In this document: in pieces, positions 1 to 13,184 of the stretch
Numbering within the stretch: the stretch's first letter is position 1
Layout of the letters: each line of letters opens with the position of its first letter
Assembly: GCF_963921235.1 (NCBI RefSeq)
Contig: NC_086098.1
Location: forward strand, 1,674,001-1,738,000
Source of the DNA: Mobula hypostoma
Taxonomy: Eukaryota
Length of the DNA stretch: 64,000 nt
Reading direction: 5' to 3'
Made by a program: the position numbers and the translations under genes
Notes under the pieces: model-generated
Told to the model about the DNA's origin: nothing
Seen by the model: the letters and a program-made list of their open reading frames with translations, nothing else
Database searches by the model: none

Positions 1-1145
1 TGGAGCTTTTGGAAAGCATCAAGTTGGATAGGTCACCGGGACCGGATGAAGGCTACTGTGGGACGTGAGGGAGGAGATTTCTGAGGCTCTGGCGATGATC
101 TTTGCATCATCAATGGGGACAGGAGAGGTTCCGGAGGATTGGAGGGTTGCGGATGTTGTTCTCTTACTTAAGAAAGGGAGTAGGGATAGCCCAGGAAATT
201 ATAGACCTATGAGTCTTACTTCAGTTGTTGGTAAGTTGATGCAAAAGATCCTGAGAGGTAGGATTTATGAAGATTTAGAGAGGCATACTGCAATAAGGTT
301 AGGAATATTTAGCATGGCTTTGTCAAAGGCAGGTCGTGCCTTATGGGCCTGATTGAATTTTTTGAGGGTGTGACTAAATACATTGATGAAGGTAGAGCCG
401 TAGATAAAGTGTGTATTGATTTTAGCAAGGCATTTAACAAGGTACCCCATGCAAGGCTTATTGAGAAAGTAAGGAGGCATGGGATCCAAGGATACATTGC
501 TTTGTGGATCCAGAACTGGCTTGCCCACAGGAGGCAAAGAGTGGTTGTAGATGGGTCATATTCTGCGTGGAGGCCGTTAGCCAGTGGTATGCCTCAGGGA
601 TCTGTTCTGAGATTCCTACTCTTTGTGATTTTTATAAATAACCTAGATGAGGAAGTGGAGGGATGGGTTAGTAAATTTGCTGATGACACAAAGGTTGGGG
701 TGTTGTGGATAGTGTGGAGGGCTATCAGAGGTTACAGCGGGACATTAATAGGATGCAAAACTGGGTTGACAAGTGCCAGATGGAGTTCAACCCAAATAAG
801 TGTGAGGTGGTTCATTTTGGTAAGTCAAATATGATGGCAGAATATAAAATTAATGTCATGATTCTTGGTGAAGTGGAGGATCAGAAGGATCTTGGGGTCC
901 AAGTCCATAAGACACTCAAAACTGCTACACAGGTTGACTCTGTGGTTAAGAAAGCATAAGAGGCATGGTATTCATCAAGTTTGAGAGCCGAGAGGTAATG
1001 TTGCAGCTATATCGGACCCTGGTCAGACCCGACTTGGAGTACTGTGCTCAATTCTGGTTGCCTCACTACAGGAAGGACATAGAAACCATAGAAAGGGTGC
1101 ACAGGAGATTTACAAAGATGTTGCCTGGATTGAGAGCATGCCTTA
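1..1145 (+). mobile_element. CR1-clade LINE, decayed ORF2 RT region, 5' part of a split copy
   Basis: Frameshifted RT motifs PGNYRP, DFSKAFNKVPH, GMPQGSVL, FADDTK, LEYCAQFW; continues at ~3715 after a nested antisense LINE. Confidence 0.9.
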
Positions 1146-1152
1146 GAAGAAA

Positions 1153-3714
1153 AAGACCATAAGACAAAGGAGCAGAAGTAGGCCATTCGGCCCATCGAGT
1201 CTGCTCCGCCATTTTATCATGAGCTGATCCATTTTCTCCTATTTAGTCCCACTCCCCCGCCCTCTCACCATAACCTTTGATGCCCTGGCTACTCAGATAC
1301 CTCTCAATCTCTGCCTTAAATACACCCAATGACTTGGCATCCACTGCTGCCTGTGGCAACAAATTCCATAGATTCACCATCCTCTGACTAAAAAAATTTC
1401 TTCGCATTTCCATTCTAAATGGGCGCCCTTCAATCCTTAAGTCATGCCCTCTTGTACTAGGTTCCCCCATCATGGGAAACAACTTTGCCACATCCACTCT
1501 GTCCATGCCTTTTAACATTTAAAATGTTTCTATGAGGTCTCCCCTCATTCTTCTAAACTCCAAGGAATACAGTCCAAGAGCGGACAAACGTTCCTTATAT
1601 GTTAACCCTCTCATTCCCGGAATCATTCTAGTGAGTCTTCTCTGTACCCTCTCCAACGTCAGCACATCCTTTCTTAAATAAGGAGACCAAAACTGCCCAC
1701 AGTACTCCAAGTGAGGGCTCACCCGCGCCTTATAGAGCCTCAACATCACATCCCTGCTCCTATACTCTATTCCTCTAGAAATGAATGCCAACATTGCATT
1801 CGCCTTCTTCACTACTGAATTAACCTGGAGGTTAACTTTAAGGGTATCCTGTACGAGGACTCCCAAGTCCCGTTGCATCTCAGAACTTTGAATTCTTTCC
1901 CCATTTAAATAATAGTCTGCCCATTTATTTTTTCTGCCAAAGTGCATAACCATACACTTTCCAACATTGTACTTCATTTGCCACTTCTCTGCCCATTCTT
2001 CCAATCTATCCAAGTCTCTCTGCAGACTCTCTATTTCCTCAGCACTACTGGCCCCTCCACCTATCTTTGTATCATCAGCAAACATAGCCACAAAGCCATC
2101 TATTCCATAATCCAAATCGTTGATGTACAACGTAAAAAGAAGCGGCCCCAACACTGATCCCTGTGGAACACCACTGGTAACCGAAAGCCAACCAGAATAG
2201 GATCCCTTTATTCCCACGCTCTGTTTCCTGCCAATCAGCCAATGCTCTATCCACGTATGTAACTTTCCCATAATTCCATAGGCTCTTATCTTGTTAAGTA
2301 GCCTCATGTGTGGCACCTTGTCAAAAGCCTTCTGAAAATCCAAATATACAACTTTCATAGCATCTCCCTTGTCTAGCCTACTGGTAATTTCCTTAAAAAA
2401 TTGTAATAGGTTTGTCAGGCAGGATTTTCCTTTAAGGAATCCATGCTGAGTTCTGCCTATCTTGTCATATGCCTCCAGGTACTCTGTAACCTCATCCTTG
2501 ACAATCGACTCCAACAACTTCCCAACCACTGATGTCAAGCTAACAGGTCTATAATTTCCTTTTTGCTTCCTTGCCCCCTTCTTAAATAGCGGAGTGACAT
2601 TTGCAATCTTCCAGTCCTCCGGAACCATGACAGAATCTATCGACTTTTGAAAGATCATCGCTAATGCCTCCGCAATCTCCACAGTTAGTTCCTTCAGAAC
2701 ACGAGGGTGCATTCCATCTGGTCCAGGAGATTTATCTACCTTTAGCCTATTCAGCTTCCTGAGTACTTTCTCTGTCGTAATTGTGACTGCGCACACTTCT
2801 CTTCCCTGCCACCCTTGAGTGTCCGGTATACTGCTGATGTCTTCCTCAGTGAAGACTGATGCAAAATACTCATTCAGTTCCTCTGCCATCTCCTTATCTC
2901 CCATTACAATTTCTCCAGCATCATTTTCTATCGGTCCTATATCTACTCTCACCTGTCTTTTACTCTTTATATACTTGAAAAAGCTTTTAGTATCCTCTTT
3001 GATATTATTTGCTAGCTTCCTTTCATAGTTAATCTTTTCTCTCTTAATGACCTTCTCGGTTTCCTTTTATAAGGTTTTAAAAACTTCCCAATCCTCTGTC
3101 TTCCCACAAATTTTTGCTTCCTTGTATTCCCTCTCCTTTGCTTTAACTTTGGCTTTGACTTCTCTTGTCATCCACGGTTGCATCCTTTTTCCATTCAAAA
3201 ATTTCTTCATTTTTGGAATATACCTGTCTTGCACATTCCTCATTTCTCGCATAAACTCCAGCCACTGCTGCTCTGCTGTCTTTCCCGCCGGTGTCCCTTT
3301 CCAGTCAACTTTGGGCAGTTCCTGTCTCATGCCACTGTAATTTCCTTTACTCCACTGAAATACCAACACATCAGATTTCGGCTTCTCTTTTTCTAATTTC
3401 ACAGTGAACTCAATCATGTTATGATCACTGTCTCCTAAGGGTTCCTTCACCTCAATCTCTCCAATCACCTCTGGTTCATTACACAATACCCAATCCAGTA
3501 CAGCCGATCCCCTCGTGGGCTCAACAACAAGCTGTTCTAAAAAGCCATCTCACAGACATTCTACAAATTCTCTCTCTTGAGATTCAGTGTTGACCTGATT
3601 TTCCCAATCTACTCGCATGTTAAAATCTCCCGCAATTATCATAACACTGCCCTTCTGACAAGCCTTTTCTATTCCCAGTTGTAATTTGTAGTCCACATCC
3701 CAGCAGCTGTTTGG
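1153..3714 (-). mobile_element. CR1-clade LINE, 5'-truncated, nested antisense in another CR1
   Basis: Minus ORFs 3067-3486 (SDHNMIEF, end of the endonuclease), 1519-2952 (RT) and 1243-1518; 3' UTR with TCTTATGG-type tail at ~1153. Confidence 0.92.
1243..2952 (-). pseudogene. CR1 ORF2 reverse transcriptase with one in-frame stop at 1519-1521
   Basis: 477-aa ORF ([29 protein letters not shown]) continued in frame by the 91-aa C-terminal ORF. Confidence 0.85.
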
Positions 3715-4150
3715 ATAGGTTGAGTGAACTCAGCCTTTTCTCCTTGGAACGATGGAGGGGAGAGGTGACCTGATAGAGGTGTACTAGATAGTGAGAGGCA
3801 TTGATCATGTTGATAGTCAGAGGCTTTTTCCCAGGGCTGAAATGCTAGCATGAGAGGGCATAGTTTTAAGGTGCTTGGAAGAAGGTACAGAGAAGATGTC
3901 AGGGGTAAGCTTCTTGCGCAGAGAGTGGTGAGTGCATGGAGTGGGCTGCCTGTAGCGGTGGTGGAGGTGGAAATAATAGGGTCTTTTAAGAGACTCCTGG
4001 ATGGATAAATGGAGCTTAGAAAAATGGAGGGCTATGGATAAGACTAGGTAGTTCTAAGGTAAGAACATGTTTGGCACAGTTTTGTGGGGCGAGGGATTTG
4101 TATTGTGCTGTAGGTTTTCTGTTTCTCTGTTTTTATATTTTCTGTTCTTA
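3715..4150 (+). mobile_element. CR1-clade LINE, 3' part of the copy split at ~1145
   Basis: Resumes at ATAGGTTGAGTGAACTC; degraded ORF2 C-terminus and TTCT-rich tail. Confidence 0.8.
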
Positions 4151-4950
4151 CTTTTCTAAAATCTAGCAATTACAGGCCCAGAGGCATGAAACACTCCTCG
4201 TATGTTAACCTTTTCATTCCCGAATCATTCCCGTGATCTTCCTCTGGACCCTCTCCAATGTCAGCACATTATTTCTTAGATAAAGGGCCCAAAACTGCTT
4301 ACAATACTTCAAGAGCACCAATGCCTTATACTTACCACCAACTCAACCTGCAAGTTAACCTTTAGGGAATTATGCACAAGCTCTCCCAAGTCCTTTGGTA
4401 CTTTTGATTTTTTAAATTTCTCTCCATTTAGAAAATAGTCTATGCCTTTATATCTTCTACCAAAGTTGAAGAAATCAACTCTGTTCTGAAAGGACGCTGC
4501 TCTATTCTGAGATTGTGCTATCTGATCTTAGACTCTCCCACCAAAGGGAACATCCTCTCCACATCCACTTTCTCAAGACCTTTCACCATTTGAATGGTTT
4601 CAAGGAGAACACCCCTCATTCTTCTGAATTATGGTGAATACAGGCCCAGAGCCATCAGACGATTTTCATAAGACAAGCATTCAATTCAGGAAATATTTTC
4701 ATGAACCTCCTTTGAACCCTCTCCAGTTTCAGTGTACTCTGCTCAAACCTGCTCACAATACTCCAAGTGAGACCTCACCAGTGCTTTATAAAGTTTCAAT
4801 ATTAAATCTTTGATTTTATATTCTCATCCATTTTAAATGAATGCAAACATTGCATTTGCCATCCTCACCACAGACTCAACCTGCAACTAAACCTTAAGGG
4901 AATTCTTGTCAAGGACTCCCAAGTCTCTTTGTGCCTTAGTTTCTGTATTT
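4150..4950 (-). mobile_element. Old degraded CR1 ORF2 fragments
   Basis: Nucleotide similarity to the antisense CR1 at 1153-3714 (GGCCCAAAACTGC, TTAACCTTTAGGGA, GGACTCCCAAGTC). Confidence 0.7.
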
Positions 4951-4954
4951 TCCC

Positions 4955-6108
4955 TGGAGCAGTAGATGTAGTGTATATGGATTTCAGCAAGGCATTTGAC
5001 AAAGGCTATTGAAAAAGTAAGGATGCGTGGGATCCAAGGGGACATTGCTTTGTGGATCCAGAACTGGCTTGCCCACAGAAGGCAAAGAGTGGTTGTAGAT
5101 GGGTCATATTCTGCATGGAGGTCAGTGACCAGTGGTGTGCCTCAGGGATCTGTTCTGGGACCACTACTCTTTGTGATTTTTATAAATGACCTGGATGAGG
5201 AAATGGAGGGATGGGTTAGTAAATTTGCTGATGACATGAAGGTTGGAGGTATTGTGGATAGTGTGGAGGGCTGTCAGAGGTTACAGCGGGACATTGAAAT
5301 GATGCAAAACTGGGCTAAGAAGTGGCAGATGGAGATCAACCCAGATAAGTGTGAGGTGGTTCATTTTGGTAGGTCAAATATGATGACAGAATATAGTATT
5401 AATGGTAAGACTCTTGGCAGTGTGGAGGATCAGAGGGATCTTGGGGTCTGAGTCCATAGGATACTCAAGGCTGCTGCGCAGGTTGACTCTGTGGTTAAGA
5501 AGGCATACGGTGTATTGGGCTTCATCAATCGTGGAATTGAATTTAGGAGCCAAGAGGTAATGTTGCAGCTATATAGGACCCTGGTCAGACCCCACTTGGA
5601 GTACTGTGCTCAGTTCTGGTCGCCTCATTACAGGAAGGATGTGGAAAGCATAGAAAGGGTGCAGAAGAGATTTACATTATGGGAATAGATTGAGTAAACT
5701 AGGCCTTTTTTCCTTGGAGCGACGGAGAATGCAAGGTGACCTGATAGAAGTGTATAAAATGATGAGAGGCATTGATCGTGTGGATAGTCAGAGGCTTTTC
5801 CCTAGGCCGGAAACGGCTAGCACGAGAGTGCACAGTTTTAAGGTGCTTGGAAATAGGTACAGAGGAGATATCAGGGGTAAGTTTTTTACGCAGAGAGTGG
5901 TGAGTGCGTGGAATGGGCTGCCGGCGACGGTGGTGGAGGCGGATACGATAGGGTCTTTTAAGAGACTCCTGGATTGGTACATGGAACTTTAGAAAAATAG
6001 AGGGCTATGGGTAAACCTAGGTAATTGCTCAGGTCAGGACATGTTCAGCACAGCTTTGTGGGCTGAAGGGCCTTACTGTGCTGTAGATTTTCTGTGTTTC
6101 TATGTTTC
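4955..6108 (+). mobile_element. CR1-clade LINE, 3' portion
   Basis: ORFs 4996-5451, 5491-5688 and 5690-5992 with RT/C-terminal motifs; TTTCTATG tail. Confidence 0.9.
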
Positions 6109-6119
6109 ATTGAGAAGAC

Positions 6120-7378
6120 CCTTTCATTTCTTCTGCCAAAGTGCATGACCATGCAGTTCCTGACATTGTATTCCATCTGCCATTTCTTTCCTCATTCTCC
6201 TAATCTGTCTGTCCTTCATGGCCTCTCTACTTCTGGGCCTCTCTACTTCTGGAAATCTACCTGTCCCTCCACCTATCTTCTTATTATCTGCAAACTTTGC
6301 AACAAAGCCATCAATTCCATCATCAAAATCATGGACATATAACGTAAAAGGAATCAGATACAACACTGAGCTCTGTGGAACACTGCTCGTCACCAGCAGC
6401 CAGTTAGAAAAGGCTCCCTATATTCCCCACTTTGCCTCCTGCCAGTCAGCCACTGCTTTATTCTTGCAACTAAAAATGGAATCTCCTATCTTCATCCCAG
6501 TCCTCTTTATATCTCTTCTCCTCTGAGCCACAGTGCCAGAGAAAATCTACTCAAAGAATTCCAACAGGTTCGACAGGCAAGGTTTTCCCATAAGGAAACC
6601 ATGCTGACTTTGTCTGGTCTTGTCTATGTCACCAAGTACATCATTACCTCAATCTTAACAAGTGACTCCAACATCTTCCCAACCACTGAGGTCAGGCTAA
6701 CCGGTCTATAATTTCCTTTCTGGGCCTCCCTCTTTTCTTAAAGATGACGTGATATTTGTAATTTTCCAGTCTTTCGGAACTATGCCCGAATCTAGTGATT
6801 CTTGACAGATCTTTACTAATGCCTCCACAATATCTACCACTACCTCTTTCAGAACCCTAGAGTGCAGTTCATTTGGTTCTGTGGATTTTAGAACCCTTAC
6901 ATTTTTTAGCTTTTTGAACACAATCTCCTTTATAATAGTAACCACACTTACTTCTCCTCCCTCTCATCCTCCAAAACCTGGCACACTATTAGTGTCTTCC
7001 ACAGTGAAGACTGGTGCAAAATACTCATTTAGTTCATCTGCCATCTCCTTGTCCCCCATTATTATTTCTCCAGCCTCATTTTCTGGTGGTCCTGTATCCA
7101 CTCTCATCTATTTTTACATACTTGAGAAAGCTTTTACTGTCTACCTAGGTTTTGTTTGCTAGCTTGCTTTCATATTTCATCTTTTCCCTCCTAATCATTT
7201 TTCGTTGCTTTCCATAGGTTTTTAAAAGCTTCCCAATCCTCTATCTTCCCACTAATTTTGCTTTTTTGTATGCCCTCTCTTTTGCTTTTACTTTAGCTTT
7301 GATTTCCCTTGTCAGCCATGGTTTTACTATTTTGCCATTTGAGCTTTTCTTTTTTTTTGGAATACACCTACCCTGCAC
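6120..7378 (-). mobile_element. Degraded CR1 ORF2 fragment
   Basis: SSVPQSSVL, FVAKFADNKKIGG and LHSRVLKEV in minus-strand ORFs. Confidence 0.8.
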
Positions 7379-7380
7379 CA

Positions 7381-7508
7381 AAGGTTACAGGGAGAAGGCC
7401 GGGGAGCAGGGCTGAGGAGGGGAAAAAAGGATTAGCCATGATTGAATGGCGGAGTAGTCTCGATGGGCCAAATGGCCTAATTCTGCTCCCATGCCTATGG
7501 TCTTATGG
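7381..7508 (+). mobile_element. CR1 3' UTR stub
   Basis: GATGGGCCAAATGGCCTAATTCTGCTCC followed by a TATGGTCTTATGG tail. Confidence 0.7.
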
Positions 7509-8719
7509 CCAAAGGGGATAATTTCCCTCAACTTCACTTGCTCCATCACTGGAATATTCCCACAACCTATCAATTCACTTTCAAGATCTCTTCATCTCAT
7601 ATTCTTGATATTTATTTCTTCTGTTTTTATTATTATTCTTTTGATTTTTTTTTGTATTTGCACTATTTGTTGTCTTTTGCACATTGGTTCTGTTGTGTTT
7701 CTTGGTATTTACTGTGAGTGCCAGCAAGAAAATGTCTGTCAGGGTTGTAGATGGTGACATATATGTACTTTGATAATAAATTTACTTGAATACTAGCCTG
7801 AGTATCCCATGGCAAGTCCCTTTGCCACTGTCTTCACAGCATCAGAAGAGAAAGAAGACGACTAATGACCACTGGACTTTCAAATCCACTTTATTTTTAT
7901 CTTAATGAAAAGCAGCAGGGAATAATAAAGATAAGAAAAGCTCTGATTGCAAATGCTGCCGTACAAATGTGACTCTACAAAAAACATGATCAGCAATCAG
8001 ACATTAAATGTAACTCTTTATAGCGTAGTTCAAAAAACAAATTCTCTGATTGTGGTACTTAGTGCTAATGAGGGTAAAACTGAAGGCTGAATACTAAATT
8101 ATTAATTGAGACTGTTTATTCTTGAGAGGTCTATGTTCGTGTTAACCCTTGCTAATGACGTTTGGCAGACCTATGTTAGCCCGTACATGGTAGGACTATT
8201 TTACATTAATGCCACGCTTATTTGCTTAAGAATGTTAAAAGGAATTAAAATAATAGCTTTGTAAAATAAATATGAGTACCTTCAGAATTTTTAGGCTGAA
8301 TTGGGCTGAATGGTCATGAGGTTTGTATATCACAATTAACTTGTTTTCTGTCAAACTAATGCAGACAACACACAAAATTCTTTTGACTCTCTCATTAGAA
8401 TCACTTTGGCAAACAACCAGTTCTAACTTTTCACCTTATAGGATGTCCTGTTTTGTCAGTGGCAAGTAGAAATTGGCATTATTTTGGTCAACCTGAATCT
8501 GTTAATGGGGAGGTGTGCTGAGGTTGTAGAAGGCACCGACTCTCTGAACATCTGGATGGGCACTGAGCAGGGAAACAAGGGCATGCAGGCTGTGCAGATA
8601 GGTGTAAAGCATCAACTGAGATCTGAATTGATCTTGTTGCAGCATAAAGCTGCAAAAGGACTGCTCCCATTTCAAGTTCTAATGTTCCTACTTTCCTGGA
8701 TTATGATCTAGGATACAAT

Positions 8720-9030
8720 GGGGCAGCATGGTAGCATTGTGGTAAGCGCATTCTTGTTACAGCGCCAGTTAACACCAATGAGGGTTCAATTCCTGCTGAA
8801 GTTTGCAAGGAGTCTGTACGTTCTCCCATGATCTGTGGGATTCCTCCAGGTGCTCCAGTTTGCTCACACAATCCAAAGATATACAGGTTAGGGTTAATAA
8901 ATTGTGGCCATGCTCTGTGGGCTGCCCCCAGAATATCCTCGGACTGTGTTGGTTGTTGACACGAATGATGCATTTCACTGTGTGTTTCAGTGTTTCAATG
9001 GACATGTGACAAATAAGGCTAATCTATTTT
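8720..9030 (+). mobile_element. tRNA-derived V-SINE (HE1-like)
   Basis: A-box-like TGGTAGCATTGTGG, B box GGTTCAATTCC, V-domain-like GTACGTTCTCCC...CCTCCAGGTGCTCCAGTTT...CCAAAGA. Confidence 0.75.
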
Positions 9031-9146
9031 TCTGTCTTTCTTACTTTTTCTCTCATTCTTTATTTCTCTTCCACTCACTCTTTCTCTATTTCTTTCCTTC
9101 CATCATTCTCTCATTCTCTCTCTCTCCTTACTGTTTTAATTTGGTG

Positions 9147-9410
9147 TGAATAGTACTGACACGATGCTGCATTACTACTACACTACACTGAATAGTATGG
9201 ACACTAAGTTACACTACTAGTACACAACATTGAACAGTACTGAAACAATGCTACACTATTATAACACGACATTGAAAAGTACTGACATGATGCTGCACTA
9301 TCATTACACTACACTGAATAGTACTGACATGATGCTGCACTATCATTACACTACACTGAATAGTACTGACACTAAGCTACACTATTATTACTCTACACTG
9401 AATAGCACTG
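9147..9410. repeat. 42-bp minisatellite, about 6 copies
   Basis: TGAA(T/C/A)AG motif recurs at 9147, 9189, 9231, 9273, 9315, 9357 and 9399. Confidence 0.92.
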
Positions 9411-9470
9411 GCATTATTTCATGCATACCAGGCACTAGGACAACAATTGAATTCTGGATTGTGTATTTAC

Positions 9471-9604
9471 AGTAATTGTGCGGAAAATACACAGGGGGTC
9501 CATATTAATATCAATTTGCTGCACCATGAGACAGGTATCCCAGTTTTCGATTGGTTGATTTTCGAAGGCATCTTTCCAGAAACTGAGAGTTGTTTTAGGG
9601 GCGA
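9471..9604 (-). CDS. Weak candidate host exon, 134 nt, unknown protein
   Basis: Unique sequence; acceptor ctttgttcattcaatctccaacag, donor GTAAAT; two of three frames open. Confidence 0.2.
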
Positions 9605-10289
9605 CTGTTGGAGATTGAATGAACAAAGCAGGAACCTACGAGCATTGCAGGAGCAACCTCATCATAGAACCACAGTGGTTCATCAAAGTAAAGCAACAGG
9701 GATCAAGGATCGTCACTATTCACATATACATTTACATGTATAGGGAATTTACTGTGGTGTGGTGGTCAAGACATAACATGCAACAAAATTAACACCAACA
9801 TTCAACAATTATAAAGAATAATATAAAAATAAAGTTAGGGTTTAAAGTATAGGTATGGAATGAAATGTGCATAAACACATAAATGCCAGCATGTACTTAC
9901 AATGTAAGCCACGTTATAAATAATGGTGTACAGTGCAGTTGAAAGAAAGGTGAATAGTTAGGTGGTGGTGGAGGGTGTCAGGGAGGGCTAACTAGAATGG
10001 TTAATCAGATTAACTGCCTCAGGAAAGAAACTTATAAAATGGCATGAAGTTTTGTTTTAAAAGCCCTAAAGGGCTTTGCAGGAGGGAGATTTTGGAAAAA
10101 GCAGTATGGAGGGTGGATAGCACCAACAATGATTCTTCTCGCCCGATACTTTGCCCTGGGCACATACAAACCCTGCAGTGATGGTAGACTGCAGACACTG
10201 ACCTTTTCTGCTGACCTGATAGCTCCCTGCAGTTTGCATATATTGTGAGAGGATGCTGTAGCAAACCAAATAGTCATGGGTGGAAATGA

Positions 10290-11150
10290 GGAAAATGGGC
10301 AAAGAAGTGGCAGATGGAATGCAGTGTTGGGAAGTGTATGGTCATACACTTTGGTAGAATAAATGAAAGGGTTGATTATTTTCTAAATGGAGAGAAAATA
10401 CAAAAAAAAACCGAGGCACCAAAGGACTTGGGAGACCTTGTGCAGGATTCCCTAAATGTTATTTTGCAGGTTGAGTCTGTGGTGAGGAAGACAAATGAAA
10501 TGTTGGTATTCCTTTCAAGAGGACTGGAATATAGAAGCAACAATGTAATGTTGAGACTTTATAAAGCCCTGGTGAGGCCTCACTTGGAAGTATTGTGAGC
10601 AGTTTTGGGTGCCTTATTTTAGAAAGATGTGCTGAAACTGGAGAGGTTTCAAAAGAGGTTCACAAAAATGATTCCAGGATTGAACAGCTTGTCATATGAA
10701 GAGTGTTTGATGGATCTGGGCTTGTATTCACTGGAATTCAGAAGAATGAAGGGTGACCTAATTGATACTGATTGAACAGTGAAAGGCCTTGATAAAGAGG
10801 ATGTAGAGAGGATGTTACCTATGGTGGGAGTGTCCAAAACAAGAATGCACAGCCTCAAAATATAAGTGTGTTCTTTAGAACGGAGATGAGGAGGAATTTC
10901 TTTAGCCAGAGAGTAGTTAGTGAATCTGTGGAATAGTTTGCCACAGACATCTGTGGATGCCATGTCTTTATGTATATTTAATGCAGAGGTTGATAGATTC
11001 TTGATTGGTCAGGACAGGAAGGGATACAAGGAGACGGCAGGAGACTGGGGCAGAGAGGAAAAATGGATCAACCATGATGAAATAGCAGAACAGACTCGAT
11101 GGGCAAATGACATAATTCTGCTCCTATATCTTATGGTCTTATAGTCTTAT
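10290..11150 (+). mobile_element. Degraded CR1 3' portion
   Basis: KCMVIHFG, RLYKALVRPHLE, NLWNSLPQ; CTTATGGT tail. Confidence 0.85.
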
Positions 11151-11751
11151 GATGTTAACAAATATTGAGTTACTTTTTATTTCTGCCTAATGAATCTAAT
11201 TCAAGGTTCAAGATTCAAGATTGTTTAATGTTATTTTTCAGTACACAGGTGTAAAGGAGAACAAAATAATTCTAACTCCAGATCCAATGCAGCCCAGTAA
11301 AAAACTCAATAAGATAAAGAACACAATAATAAAAAACACAATAAATATAAAGACATAAAATAGCTTATATACATAGATTGATTAGAATGCCACCAAGTGA
11401 TACTGGGAACAGGAGTGTCTGTAATAAAGTGATTGATTGTTGAATCTCGCAATGAGTTTGTCTGTCTAATGTACTGTTTAGCCCACAGGGCTCTTCTGTT
11501 TGGTGGCTCCATCCTGATTCGAGCCTACTTGTGTAACATTATGTATTATCCATACTAATCTGATACGACGCATGGGAGCACCTCTGTGGAAATACTTGGC
11601 AATGTACAGGTTCTTTCTCAAGTTAAACGGTCAGTGATCAATAGCCAACGAGCTAACAGGAAAGGCAGTAAGTTCACAAATTTGTGTTTTTATCTAAATT
11701 TTACAACAGTGATGGATTATAGGAAAGTCATGCATCTGTGACTTTCATCCG

Positions 11752-13184
11752 GAACATGCAGTGGGGTCAGGTCACTGATCTCACAGAGGGTGAGCATCTG
11801 GGGGACAGTGACCAACATTAACATTACCATGGAAAAGGATAGAATCAGAGAGGGCAGGAGAATTTTTAATTGGGGAAGGGCAAGTTATGAGGCTATAAGG
11901 TTTGAAATTGCGGGTGTGAATTGGGATGATGTTTTTGCAGGGAAATGTACTATGGACATGTGGTCGATGTTTAGGGATCTCTTGCAGGATGCAAGGGATA
12001 AATTTGTCCCAGTGAGGAAGATAAAGAATGGTAGGGTGAAGGAACCATGGGTGACAAATGAGGTGGAAAATCTAGTCAGGTGGAAGAAGGCAGCATACAT
12101 GAGGTTTAGGAAGCAAGGATCAGATGGGTCTATTAAGGAATATAGGGAAGCAAGAAAGGAGCTTAAGAAGGGGCTGAGAAGAGCAAGAAGCGGGCATGAG
12201 AAGGCCTTGGCGAGCAGGGTAAAGGAAAACCCCAAGGAATTCTTCAATTATGTGAAGAACAAAAGGATGACAGGAGTGAAGGTCGGACCGATTAGAGATA
12301 AAGGTGGGAAGGTGTGACTGGAGGCTGTGGAAGTGAGCGAGGTCCTCAATGAATACTTCTCTTCGGTATTCACCAATGAGAGGGAACTTGATGACGGTGA
12401 GGACAATATGAGTGAGGCTGATGTTCTGGAGCATGTTGATATTAAGGGAGAGGAGGTGTTGGAGTTATTAAAATACATTAGGATGGATAAGTCCCCAGGG
12501 CCTGATGGAATATTCCCCAGGCTGCTCCACGAGGCAAGGGAAGAGATGGCTGAGCCTCTGACTAGGATCTTTATGTCCTCGTTGTCCACAGGAATGGTAC
12601 CGGAAGATTTGAGGGAGGTGAATGTTGTCCCCTTGTTCAAAAAAAGTAGTCGGGATAGTCCGGGTAATTATAGACCAGTGAGCCTTATGTTTGTGGTGGG
12701 AAAGCTGTTGAAAAAGATTCTTAGAGATAGGATCTATGGGCATTTAGAGAATCATGGTCTGATCAGGGACAGTCAGCATGGCTTTGTGAAGGGCAGATCG
12801 TGTCTAACAAGCCCGAGAGAGTTCTTTGAAGAAGTGACCAGGCATATAGACGAGGGCACTGCAGTGGATGTGATCTACATCGATTTTAGTAATGCACTTC
12901 ACAAGGTTCCACATGGTAGGCTTATTCAGAAAGTCAGAAGGCATGGGATCCAGGGAAGTTTGGCCAGGTGGATTCAGAATTGGCTTGCCTGCAGAAAGCA
13001 GAGGGTCGTGGTGGAGGGAGTACATTTGGATTGGAGGATTGTGACTAGTAGTGTCCCACAAGGATCTGTTCTGGGACCTATACTTTTCGTGATTTTTATT
13101 AACAACCTGGATGTGGGGGTAGGAGGTTTGGTTGACAAGTTTGCAGATGACACAAAGGTTGGTGGTGTTGTAGATAGTGTAGAT
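11752..13184 (+). mobile_element. CR1-clade LINE, internal ORF2 fragment lacking its 3' end
   Basis: ORFs 11790-12317 and 12327-13238 up to FADDTKVGGVVDSV. Confidence 0.9.

Noticed and set aside
8720..8800. tRNA gene
   Set aside because: A/B-box-like motifs belong to a SINE head with no complete cloverleaf; the same holds at ~28870 and ~38600
11480..11675. + strand exon between cccacag and gtaagt
   Set aside because: All three frames contain a stop; a non-coding exon cannot be supported from sequence alone
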